From: a virus
Lineage: Duplodnaviria > Caudoviricetes
Direction: 5' to 3' (one strand)
IMG/VR virus record: IMGVR_UViG_3300047555_000022
Coordinates: 1 to 52,583 of that record
Length of the DNA stretch: 52,583 nucleotides
Positions 44,473-52,583 of the stretch are shown one piece after another. Positions within the stretch are counted from its first letter, which is position 1. Each line of letters begins with the position of its first letter. The notes below the pieces were generated by a model, which was not told the origin of the DNA, did not search any database, and worked only from the letters and a program-made list of their open reading frames with translations. Made by a program: the position numbers and the translations under genes.

Positions 44473-45498
44473 TTATACAGTTATTTGTAAACAATACTCG
44501 CCAACCACGCAACAGTTGTTGCTTGCTGAAACGATGAACTTGTAAAGTCCAGCTATTAAGCCAGTTGTACTTGTGATAACTCCAGTACTTGGATTAATAG
44601 TAATTTTAGCCGCAACTGCCGCAGGAAGTGCTGCCGCTGTACCAGTTATATCACATAAATACAAAGCATAAGACATACACGACCCAATTACATTTTGGTC
44701 AGGCACAACGCTAAAGTTAAATGCTGTATTGACAGGCTTAGTATAAGCCTTACAAGTGCCTGACGTGCAACTTGCGTCAACTACCAAGTCTGTAAGCAAC
44801 GACAAGTTATTTGCAAAACTAAATGACGTAGCCCCTTTCAATGCTCCCTCAAATGTGCTTTCAACAGCCGCACGATAAAACTCTGACGGTACAATTCCTT
44901 TGTGATAAATCTCAAGCATTGTTCTTGCTTTCCCATCCCCCGACAACGGAGTAGATGCCTTAGTCAATCTATTGACAAAATCACCAATTCCACTACCGTA
45001 AGGATAAACATAAACGCCACCGTCTAAAAAGTCAATAACACTTATTTGGGGGTTTTTCAACATAATATCATTGAAAAATCCTTGGTTGTCAATGCCATTT
45101 TCGATAGTATAAGAAGTCGCCATTGATTGATAATCAATAAATAACTCTTCTTCGTCGCCCAACCCTTCGGTTTTTGGAGTCCACTCTGGTTGTGTGCCTT
45201 TTACCTCATTCCAAGGGAAAAACGCAACCGCAGTATTGCCAGCAACACAATTGTACTGTTGCTCACGTACCCACTTTTCAAGTGAATCTGCATAATTAGC
45301 CTTTGTCAATACAATGGTAATTGCCGTTTGTGGTGCTGTTGGTCTATTGCGAACTGTAATTGTTGCCCCAATTTTTGGAATAGCAATATTTTGCAAAATA
45401 GCCGTAGCCCTTACTTTGCTTTTTACCGTTCTTTGCGTTGTTAACGAATAACAAGGCTTTGAGCCACAGAATCGGCTCACGTTAGTTAGATATGACAT
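44473..45498 (-). CDS. Probable major tail tube protein with a C-terminal Ig-like domain
   Basis: C-terminus ITINPSTGVITS...GLYKFIVSASN...LQITV (He_PIG-like). Confidence 0.5.
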   Translation of the reverse strand: MSYLTNVSRFCGSKPCYSLTTQRTVKSKVRATAILQNIAIPKIGATITVRNRPTAPQTAITIVLTKANYADSLEKWVREQQYNCVAGNTAVAFFPWNEVKGTQPEWTPKTEGLGDEEELFIDYQSMATSYTIENGIDNQGFFNDIMLKNPQISVIDFLDGGVYVYPYGSGIGDFVNRLTKASTPLSGDGKARTMLEIYHKGIVPSEFYRAAVESTFEGALKGATSFSFANNLSLLTDLVVDASCTSGTCKAYTKPVNTAFNFSVVPDQNVIGSCMSYALYLCDITGTAAALPAAVAAKITINPSTGVITSTTGLIAGLYKFIVSASNNCCVVGEYCLQITV

Positions 45499-45502
45499 TT
45501 TT

Positions 45503-46105
45503 TTATAAAAGTTGTGTGTTTAAAAATAGTACTGCAATAATTTTTGTGCCGTCCATTACCTCCGTCCCTTCATGTATCATTTGTTTATCTCCAACTTGAT
45601 TTACAAGATTCTTCCAAACATAAACAGTCCCTTTTTTTGCCGAAAACTCTAAATTATTTAGCAATGGAAACTTTGTTTGACCACCTCGCAAGGCATTTTG
45701 TAAGCCTATCATAATCGTAAACATTCGATTACCTGATACATTTTTATTGTCCTCAAACCAATCAAAATGCGGGCGTAACTTCTGACCTTTTTTATATTTT
45801 ATTATATCAATCGTTGTTGCTATTTGCTTTATCGTAGTCGATTTTCCAAATAGACCCTTTGATATGATTTCTAATTTTTGATGAATAAGTGTATCAATTC
45901 CTGAACCTCTCGAAATTGCCGCAATATCAGAATCCCTATAATGTGTATCTACAATTACTGCCCCTGAGCTATCTACAACTGTCCCAACACTCGAAAACTC
46001 TAAAGGAGCAGAAAGGATTCTATCAATTTCTGAGTCAGTAAATAACCCATCAATTGAAAAAAACTTTTGATTTTCAATTACCTTTAGCATCCTCCGACCG
46101 TCCAA
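45503..46105 (-). CDS. 2OG-Fe(II) oxygenase, prolyl-4-hydroxylase-like
   Basis: KY..GQ...PHFD, NRMFT, GGQTKFP, HEGTEV..GTK motifs. Confidence 0.85.
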   Translation of the reverse strand: MDGRRMLKVIENQKFFSIDGLFTDSEIDRILSAPLEFSSVGTVVDSSGAVIVDTHYRDSDIAAISRGSGIDTLIHQKLEIISKGLFGKSTTIKQIATTIDIIKYKKGQKLRPHFDWFEDNKNVSGNRMFTIMIGLQNALRGGQTKFPLLNNLEFSAKKGTVYVWKNLVNQVGDKQMIHEGTEVMDGTKIIAVLFLNTQLL

Positions 46106-46947
46106 GTTACACCAACTCCAGCATACAGGCTAACCGTCGAAACATCGCCATATAAACATGATGAAACATTTGAGCCATCGCCGACCGAACTGCCGTTTAG
46201 GGAAACATAAGCAAATCCATTTATCACTCCGCTGTAATATTGAAATACTCCACCATTATTGGCACTTGTATTCGTAATTTTAAAATTACTAAGGGTATAA
46301 GGATTAACAGGATTAACAGGATTAACAGGGTTAATCGGATTGACAGGGTTAATCGGATTGACAGGGTTAATCGTTTCAAGATAATAAGCGATACACTTCT
46401 TTGCGATACACTTGTTTCTTTGAAACTTGTCCCTTACCCATAATTCAATGTCTGTATCAATTGGGTAGCTTGGAATTAACCCCACTCCTGAATACCAATT
46501 CATGCCTCCATCAATACTATATTCAACACCTACGCCCCCACCATTATCGACAGCGTAAACAACTGAATTTATAGTAACTGCCTGATTTGTCCTTGTTTTG
46601 CCAACATTCCCAATTGTGATGACACAACCAGCTACGACTTTTTTCACACATCCTTTACAATCGCCATCGGCTGTACCGAAAGAACTGTACTCGCCTACAA
46701 CAACATTTTGACTAATTACCGTTAGACTATTACAAACGTAGCTTGCTGTGATATTTTGACCTGCAAGCAATGGCGTTGTTAATTGAATCAAAAACTCCCC
46801 AGCCGAATCCGCAGTAGCGGTGTTACCTGTACTGCAAGTAATTACTGCACCTGCACACGGCACGGTCAAATAACCTGACACCACAAGCATCCCTTCAACC
46901 AAAGGCGTGCGAATTACAACAGAACCGCATGGAGAATTACAAGGCAT
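46084..46947 (-). CDS. Cys-rich putative virion protein with an (I/V)NP x8 repeat
   Basis: Ig-like N-terminus; INPVNPINPVNPINPVNPVNPVNP. Confidence 0.6.
   Translation of the reverse strand: MPCNSPCGSVVIRTPLVEGMLVVSGYLTVPCAGAVITCSTGNTATADSAGEFLIQLTTPLLAGQNITASYVCNSLTVISQNVVVGEYSSFGTADGDCKGCVKKVVAGCVITIGNVGKTRTNQAVTINSVVYAVDNGGGVGVEYSIDGGMNWYSGVGLIPSYPIDTDIELWVRDKFQRNKCIAKKCIAYYLETINPVNPINPVNPINPVNPVNPVNPYTLSNFKITNTSANNGGVFQYYSGVINGFAYVSLNGSSVGDGSNVSSCLYGDVSTVSLYAGVGVTWTVGGC
46300..46371 (-). repeat. Eight 9-bp coding tandem repeats
   Basis: Units AGGATTAAC / CGGATTGAC / AGGGTTAAT on the plus strand. Confidence 0.85.
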
Positions 46948-46948
46948 A

Positions 46949-47725
46949 CTAAGCTATCAATGATTTTAATGTGTAATCAAACATTTTTTTGTTCCCCTCT
47001 AAGTTCGGAGTTTGGGTAAACGAACTGCTTAACAATAATGCGTTTGTTTTTGCTCGCACATTCTTTAAGGTCAATCGGTCGTTTTCTTTCAATACATTTA
47101 ACAAAGCCCATGTAAACGCACCCTGATACGAGTCATTAATATACGCATCTGCACTTGTTTGTTTATCTTGACAGCCTGTAATTAAAACACCATCAAAATC
47201 ATAAGGTTTTACCCTTTCAGTTCCGATAGATATGTTTTCAATTATATCTTTCATGACTTCTGTAGGAATTGGCATAGAACGAGATTTTTGTTCTTTTCCT
47301 GCAACTAAGTTGCGAGTAGAAAGCCCTCCTGAGTGGCACGAGTCGCTTACCCAAAGTTTTTGAACCCCAATATTAAAACCCTTCCACATTTCTGCATAAT
47401 TAGTGTCTGTAATAAAGGTCTTCATGTCGTCCCATGAAAAATTGACTGGGCAAACAAGTTGGTGAAACTTTTTATCAACAGGTATTTCTACGCCATGACC
47501 CGAAAATTGGTGAATAACCAAATCCCATCTTTTCGCCTTTGCTTTTACCTTTTCAAACGCTTTGCGAATATTATCGGCTGTGGCATAAGCATCATACAAC
47601 TGAATTACTTCAACAGGCTTGCCTAATGAATTTATATATTTTAGGAAATTATCGCCATCATTTACGCACCCATTCAACGGAGCGGTAGGGTACTTATTGA
47701 CGCAAGCCTGTATAAGATAAATCAT
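46949..47725 (-). CDS. Caspase-family (peptidase C14, metacaspase-like) protease
   Basis: LNGCVND, FSGHG (His), SDSCHSGG (Cys), GC...QTSADA, GAFTWAL, QTPNL motifs. Confidence 0.9.
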   Translation of the reverse strand: MIYLIQACVNKYPTAPLNGCVNDGDNFLKYINSLGKPVEVIQLYDAYATADNIRKAFEKVKAKAKRWDLVIHQFSGHGVEIPVDKKFHQLVCPVNFSWDDMKTFITDTNYAEMWKGFNIGVQKLWVSDSCHSGGLSTRNLVAGKEQKSRSMPIPTEVMKDIIENISIGTERVKPYDFDGVLITGCQDKQTSADAYINDSYQGAFTWALLNVLKENDRLTLKNVRAKTNALLLSSSFTQTPNLEGNKKMFDYTLKSLIA

Positions 47726-48024
47726 TTTGTTTTAGCTAATTCTCGTACAACACCCGAAAAACTTGGGCGTTCGGCTTTTGAAAAATAATTGATTGCCTTA
47801 TTTGCGACCGCTTCTTTAATTCCATTCTCAATTAAGAATGCAATAAGTTCAACAACTTCATCGCCTTTAAGGTCTTTAATTTCTAACGCCAATTCTTTAA
47901 AATTGACTTTAAAAATCTTCGATACCTCGGCAATGACTTCAAAAACTTGCTTACCTTTTAGTGCTTTCACCGCCAAAAGTGCCATTGATAGCAATAACTT
48001 GATTTGTTCGATTCCTTTGTTCAT
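47722..48024 (-). CDS. Hypothetical protein
   Basis: ORF track. Confidence 0.55.
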   Translation of the reverse strand: MNKGIEQIKLLLSMALLAVKALKGKQVFEVIAEVSKIFKVNFKELALEIKDLKGDEVVELIAFLIENGIKEAVANKAINYFSKAERPSFSGVVRELAKTK

Positions 48025-48030
48025 TTTTTT

Positions 48031-48450
48031 TTATATTTTTGAAAGTTGAAAGTGCATACCATCTTTGCGTGTCCATGTTCCGCCCCAATCAAACCCTGCA
48101 TCAGTAAAGCACTTTACAAAGCCTGTGGATAGTTTAGGCGTTTGATTTAAGCCATTTTCAAAGGCATTTATATCTACCGCCAAACCCCAACTATGAAGAC
48201 TCATTGAGCCTAAACCTCTTTTTTTGCGAATATTAAAACAGCCGTCCCAAGTCTTTAATTCTTTGACAAAACCCCTTTGAATAAGATTATTAAATGCTAT
48301 CTTTAAAGGATTCACCAAATCAATGTTGCAATAAATTCTTTTAGGAATAAATCCAATCTCTAATTCAGTCGGCACATCAAATAAAGTTAAATGCTTATTC
48401 GCTGCGGTCGGCTCTCCGTATTTTTCGTAGCATTGTTTTGAGCTTATCAT
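48031..48450 (-). CDS. Endolysin, M15-family peptidase
   Basis: SLHSWGLAVDIN...WGGTW...DGMHFQ. Confidence 0.9.
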   Translation of the reverse strand: MISSKQCYEKYGEPTAANKHLTLFDVPTELEIGFIPKRIYCNIDLVNPLKIAFNNLIQRGFVKELKTWDGCFNIRKKRGLGSMSLHSWGLAVDINAFENGLNQTPKLSTGFVKCFTDAGFDWGGTWTRKDGMHFQLSKI

Positions 48451-48752
48451 TTTCCGATTCTAATTACTTTTACTACTGTGTCTTTTTCTGTTACTAAGAA
48501 ATCGTCTTTGTAGGCGAGATACACGTTTAGGTCTTTTATACTCTCATCAATTTCTTGATTTACCTTGTCGGTCGCCACAATCAAAGAATCCATTTCTACA
48601 TTATTGCTTTTGATTGATTCGATATTATTTTCCGACTCATTCAAAAGTGCAAGAAGTTCTTTGTCTTCTTTTTTGTCTTCGTCATTAAATCCGAAGATAA
48701 AAAAAATACATAGAACAAAAAACCCAAAAATGCCCTTATATATGATTTGCAT
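48447..48752 (-). CDS. Membrane-anchored coiled-coil lysis-region protein
   Basis: N-terminal TM segment; next to the endolysin. Confidence 0.45.
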   Translation of the reverse strand: MQIIYKGIFGFFVLCIFFIFGFNDEDKKEDKELLALLNESENNIESIKSNNVEMDSLIVATDKVNQEIDESIKDLNVYLAYKDDFLVTEKDTVVKVIRIGK

Positions 48753-49077
48753 TTTTAATTTTCGTTAATTCGCTATTCATTTCTAACGCCTTTTTATTCT
48801 GTTCAAAAATCTGTTCTTTGTTCTTTTCGTTTTTTTCAATCTCCTTTTTTTGGGCTTCTATAATCCCTCTGAGCGTAGATTTCATTTCATCATTTATCCG
48901 CTTCGTTTCTTGCATTAGCCTTTTTTCGCACTCAACTATTTCGTCTTTATTGTCGAAACTGTCAGTATATAATTTTTCAATCGCATAAGACTGTCCAACT
49001 ACAACTAAAAAAAAAAAACCTAAAAGTATCCTTGCAAATGGCAAATTTAAAAACGCAATAAATCCTTGCAAATCCAT
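48736..49077 (-). CDS. Membrane-anchored coiled-coil lysis-region protein
   Basis: N-terminal TM segment plus coiled coil. Confidence 0.45.
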   Translation of the reverse strand: MDLQGFIAFLNLPFARILLGFFFLVVVGQSYAIEKLYTDSFDNKDEIVECEKRLMQETKRINDEMKSTLRGIIEAQKKEIEKNEKNKEQIFEQNKKALEMNSELTKIKNANHI

Positions 49078-49083
49078 GTTTTA

Positions 49084-49308
49084 TTATTCTGTTTTCGTGG
49101 CAAGCTGTGAAGCTACCGCCACGGCTGTTCCTGCAAATATTAAATAACCACCTAAATTAGAGATAGACAAAGGGAGCGTAAAACCATCGGGCAAGCCAAC
49201 AGGATTTGAAAGATAACCCCCCAATCCTGCCACGATTACACTAAATTTTTGAACTCTCTTCCAAAACTCAGGAGTAGGGAGTAACGCCCTTTCGATTAAC
49301 TTCTTCAT
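49084..49308 (-). CDS. Putative holin
   Basis: 74 aa, two hydrophobic segments, TPEFWKRVQ motif. Confidence 0.55.
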   Translation of the reverse strand: MKKLIERALLPTPEFWKRVQKFSVIVAGLGGYLSNPVGLPDGFTLPLSISNLGGYLIFAGTAVAVASQLATKTE

Positions 49309-49314
49309 CTTATT

Positions 49315-49572
49315 TTAAACGGCAAGCACAACAAAACTGTGCGACATATACGGAACAATGACAATGCAATCCCCATTTAGATTCGTTTTTCCTTCTGCAA
49401 CTACTTCGTCGCTACTCGAATCAACAACTTTAAAGGATATGTTCTTCGACGAGCGAATCAATAATTGCTTATACATCGAATTTCTTTCGATAGTAAATAC
49501 TGGGGCGATTTTACTTTTTTCTTCTACTTCTACTTTTTTTTCAATCGGTAGTTCTTCAACAAGTGGTTTCAT
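49315..49572 (-). CDS. Hypothetical protein
   Basis: ORF track. Confidence 0.5.
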   Translation of the reverse strand: MKPLVEELPIEKKVEVEEKSKIAPVFTIERNSMYKQLLIRSSKNISFKVVDSSSDEVVAEGKTNLNGDCIVIVPYMSHSFVVLAV

Positions 49573-50914
49573 TTGTTACGATTTTTATATTATCACAATT
49601 GCAAATATCTAACGCCAAAATGCTACTTGATTTACTTAATATAGTCCCAAATAGCAATGTGCTTAAAACATCATTTTTATAGACCTTATATGAAAAATCA
49701 TTTAAGGTGTTGTTTTGAATCCGAACCGCATAATTTTCGGGTTCGCAATAAATACTTTTTGCGAATGTTCTCGATGTCAAAGTAGATTCCAACGTAAGCA
49801 CAAGCTCGTTGCTCCCCTCGTGGCTAACTACACCCATCGACTCACTACACGACATACCACAGCTTAGTCCATCCTGCAGAATATCCTCATTATCTATCAA
49901 ATCAAAACTTGATTGAGAATAGCCGTCGGTTATAGTTCCTTGAACAAATGACTTTAAAAAAACAGGCTTACCATCAATATAGAAGGTTCTAAAATTAAAA
50001 AAAGCAAGCAACGTTTTTACTAACTCATTTGGTTGTCGGCTCATTTTCAATAAATACGATTCGTATATCTTTGAATTTGAGCGAGTATATTTGCCATTTA
50101 TCAAACGTCTTTCAGTAGATTCGTAAACCATCCCTTTGTGTCGCATGACTGCTGGCACTCGAAATAAATATCGTAACCTTTCAGTAGCTTGGTTAAATTT
50201 ATTAGCGTCGTCCCAAAAATTCAAAAACACAGTATCCGTTGCATAAGCATCTACTTTTATCCCGCCTGTTTCGGCAATAATAGCATTTGTAACAGTATTT
50301 TTTATCACAAGTTGAAAACAACCATCAATGCACGGTGCTTTGATTTCAGCAATAACCTTATTAATGCAACAGCAATTTACTTTATCGCTATCTAATTGCA
50401 CCACAGGCAAAGCCTTGTATTCATAAGACGTGTCAATGGTAACAGACTTATAACAATAATCTCTGCACACGTAAAGGGTCAGTTCATCGCCATCAAGTTC
50501 AACTTTGGCAAAATAAGCATTAAGGACCAATTGATTATATAGTTCTCGAATGGTATCTACGTTTGAATGAAAAAACACCTCACCATCGACCAACAATGAA
50601 AAGCCTTTATCCTGCAAATCTTCAATCGTTAGTTTGATAATGCCGTACTTGTCGGATTCAAAGTAATGAATATCACCTGCTTTTTGCAAAAGACTATCTG
50701 CAATTGCTCCGCAATCGCCAGCGGTTTTTAGCCACCAAAGTTCTGTATCTGTTATTTTATTGCCCTGTAAATCGGACTTCAAGAGAGGGAAACGCCAAAC
50801 TTCGCCATGCTTTGCCGTCAGTATCGACGGCACAAAAGTAGGCTCACTATAATTTAGTGAAGTGCCTAATGTTGAATAAAAGCGTAGAAACGACAAAAAC
50901 ATTAAAATAATCAT
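49556..50914 (-). CDS. Putative tail/structural protein
   Basis: 452 aa in the tail region; TACATTTG box upstream. Confidence 0.5.
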   Translation of the reverse strand: MIILMFLSFLRFYSTLGTSLNYSEPTFVPSILTAKHGEVWRFPLLKSDLQGNKITDTELWWLKTAGDCGAIADSLLQKAGDIHYFESDKYGIIKLTIEDLQDKGFSLLVDGEVFFHSNVDTIRELYNQLVLNAYFAKVELDGDELTLYVCRDYCYKSVTIDTSYEYKALPVVQLDSDKVNCCCINKVIAEIKAPCIDGCFQLVIKNTVTNAIIAETGGIKVDAYATDTVFLNFWDDANKFNQATERLRYLFRVPAVMRHKGMVYESTERRLINGKYTRSNSKIYESYLLKMSRQPNELVKTLLAFFNFRTFYIDGKPVFLKSFVQGTITDGYSQSSFDLIDNEDILQDGLSCGMSCSESMGVVSHEGSNELVLTLESTLTSRTFAKSIYCEPENYAVRIQNNTLNDFSYKVYKNDVLSTLLFGTILSKSSSILALDICNCDNIKIVTNETTC

Positions 50915-51068
50915 TTTACAACTGTTTTATCGCCATCCTGCCGCTATTCAGTTTGACTATTGCAAATGTAAAGAAAACGTTTGAATATTCAAATACTTTT
51001 AACGAAAAAAACCGCCATTGCTGACGGTCTTGTTTTATTGATGAATAGCGGTCCACCAACAAAATAGC

Positions 51069-52456
51069 TTATATGTATATTTCCAATGTAATTTCGGGCG
51101 TTATGCCTGTCTTTATCTTTTTATTCCTTAAAACCCCCTCATATGTTTTACTACAATAATCAAAAGATATTTGTTCCTTTATTTTACAAAATTCATCTAT
51201 TGTTCCATTTTTTGTAATAGTGGCGATGCTTTTCCCAAAAAGAGTGCCAACAGGTAATCCCACAAAGTCCATGTTTTCAATGATATTCATACCAGCATCT
51301 ATACAACTACCACCTTGATTATGTAGTGCTGTAAAATTGCCAGTACCGCTTTTGAAAGTAGTATCACCCGAAATATGTAAGTAGCTTCGATGCCTGTATA
51401 AATTACGTGCAGGGCTTATTCTAAAATTCAAGGTGTTATTTGGGTAAATAACACCTGCTACCAACTGAAATGTATCGGCTGTTTCTGCTTGGTAGAAACC
51501 GCTCGAATCCATACCAACCGCCACAACAAATATTAAATCATCCCATTTTGTATCCGCCTTTTCTTCGCCCTTTTGTCGCTTCACTTTTTCAATCAAATAA
51601 TGCGAAGCAATAAAAGTGCTTACAATGTTGCACGTTTGTTTGTCATAAATATACTCAGTTTGGTACTCTCGCTCGCTGTTTATCTCATCGTTTCCAAAAA
51701 TTGTATCGCTCTTCCATTCTTTGTATCCAGCCTTGACGTGGCTAAAAAGAAATTCATTATTCGTGCTTATTTGCACATCAAAATCCCCTTTTACAAAATG
51801 ATGAATTGCCTTTTTTCTGTTCTTTAACTCTACTCTTACAAAATTCCCATCAATAGATATTTCAATGTTGAAAACTGGATTTAAGCCCTCAAATAAATCA
51901 TCTAAACTTATATTCAACGGTCGCTCAATCTCTTTCAAGTTGAATCCGTTAGTTATCCAAATATCATTACAATTGTCCAGCCAATCACTTTTTAAAGTCA
52001 TTTTACTATCTGACATCTTTTTAATAACCTCCGAAAACGCATCTCTTACCAATAGCCCTTTATTCGTGCTATAAAGGTCGGTCGTTTTGTGGTCCCTTAC
52101 GATGATGCCGTTGCTATTCGATTCGCTATTTTGCCAGTTAAACTCAAAATCAGGCAAAACCACCGCATTGTACGCACGGATTACAATTTTGTGATAAGGT
52201 TGCAAAGCATAACCTATCACGGAAAAAGACTTCGTTTCTAAAACGTTGTTGCTAACGGTTTGAGTAGTATAGCTTAATGCGTTGTCAAGTATTTGAATAA
52301 CATTATTTTGTGCATCTAAAACAAATACACCCACTTGGTACGAAGCCGAAACGCTGCTATTCGCATACCATTCAAGCACGCCTATTACATCAATTAATTT
52401 TGCACTACTGACGTTTTGATAAATACTTTCTGTCAAAACAAAAACATTAGCAATCC
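51069..52456 (-). CDS. C-terminal part of the tail protein that begins at 505 (putative baseplate/hub)
   Basis: Follows the tape measure gene on the circle; ITNGF and NFRISPARNL motifs. Confidence 0.6.
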
Positions 52457-52583
52457 CTGTTAAAGGGACGTTATGAGTAACCTCATTATTTGTGCCTGTT
52501 ACTAACCCGATAGTGTCCATTATCTCGTTTGTAGTTTGCCCCTCCAATTCTTTTGTAGGTATGGTTATGTAAGTTTTTGGGCT
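52457..52583. repeat. Terminal direct repeat copy
   Basis: Identical to 1-127. Confidence 0.95.

Noticed and set aside
52457-52583. 127-bp terminal repeat as a biological DTR
   Set aside because: It falls mid-gene and equals a common assembler k-mer; best read as a circularisation overlap.

Overview
A complete, circularly permuted ~52,456-bp genome of a long-tailed (siphovirus-like) phage. The last 127 nt repeat the first 127 nt, probably an assembly overlap. The host is probably a Bacteroidota: many TAnnTTTG promoter boxes, a DUF3127-type SSB and a LytTR gene. Minus strand 36.9-52.5 kb and 1-11.7 kb is the late region: terminase, neck, tail chaperones with a -1 frameshift, tape measure, tail, lysis, metacaspase, 2OG-Fe(II) oxygenase, tail tube, portal, scaffold and capsid. 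Plus strand 17.3-36.8 kb holds replication and recombination genes (initiator with iterons, DnaB, SSB, ERF, RNase H) plus accessory genes. Three features stand out. (1) An integron-like array of eight gene cassettes at 24.3-31.6 kb, separated by attC-like hairpins. Each cassette's own ends are complementary, and more such sites are scattered on both strands, yet no integrase is recognisable. (2) Eight domain-shuffled antirepressor-family genes (AntA/AntB, Rha, KilA-N). (3) A family of paralogous, covarying leader RNAs (promoter, antisense pairs, terminator) in front of those genes, each with a different pairing code. All functional calls come from motifs read by eye; no database searches were run.
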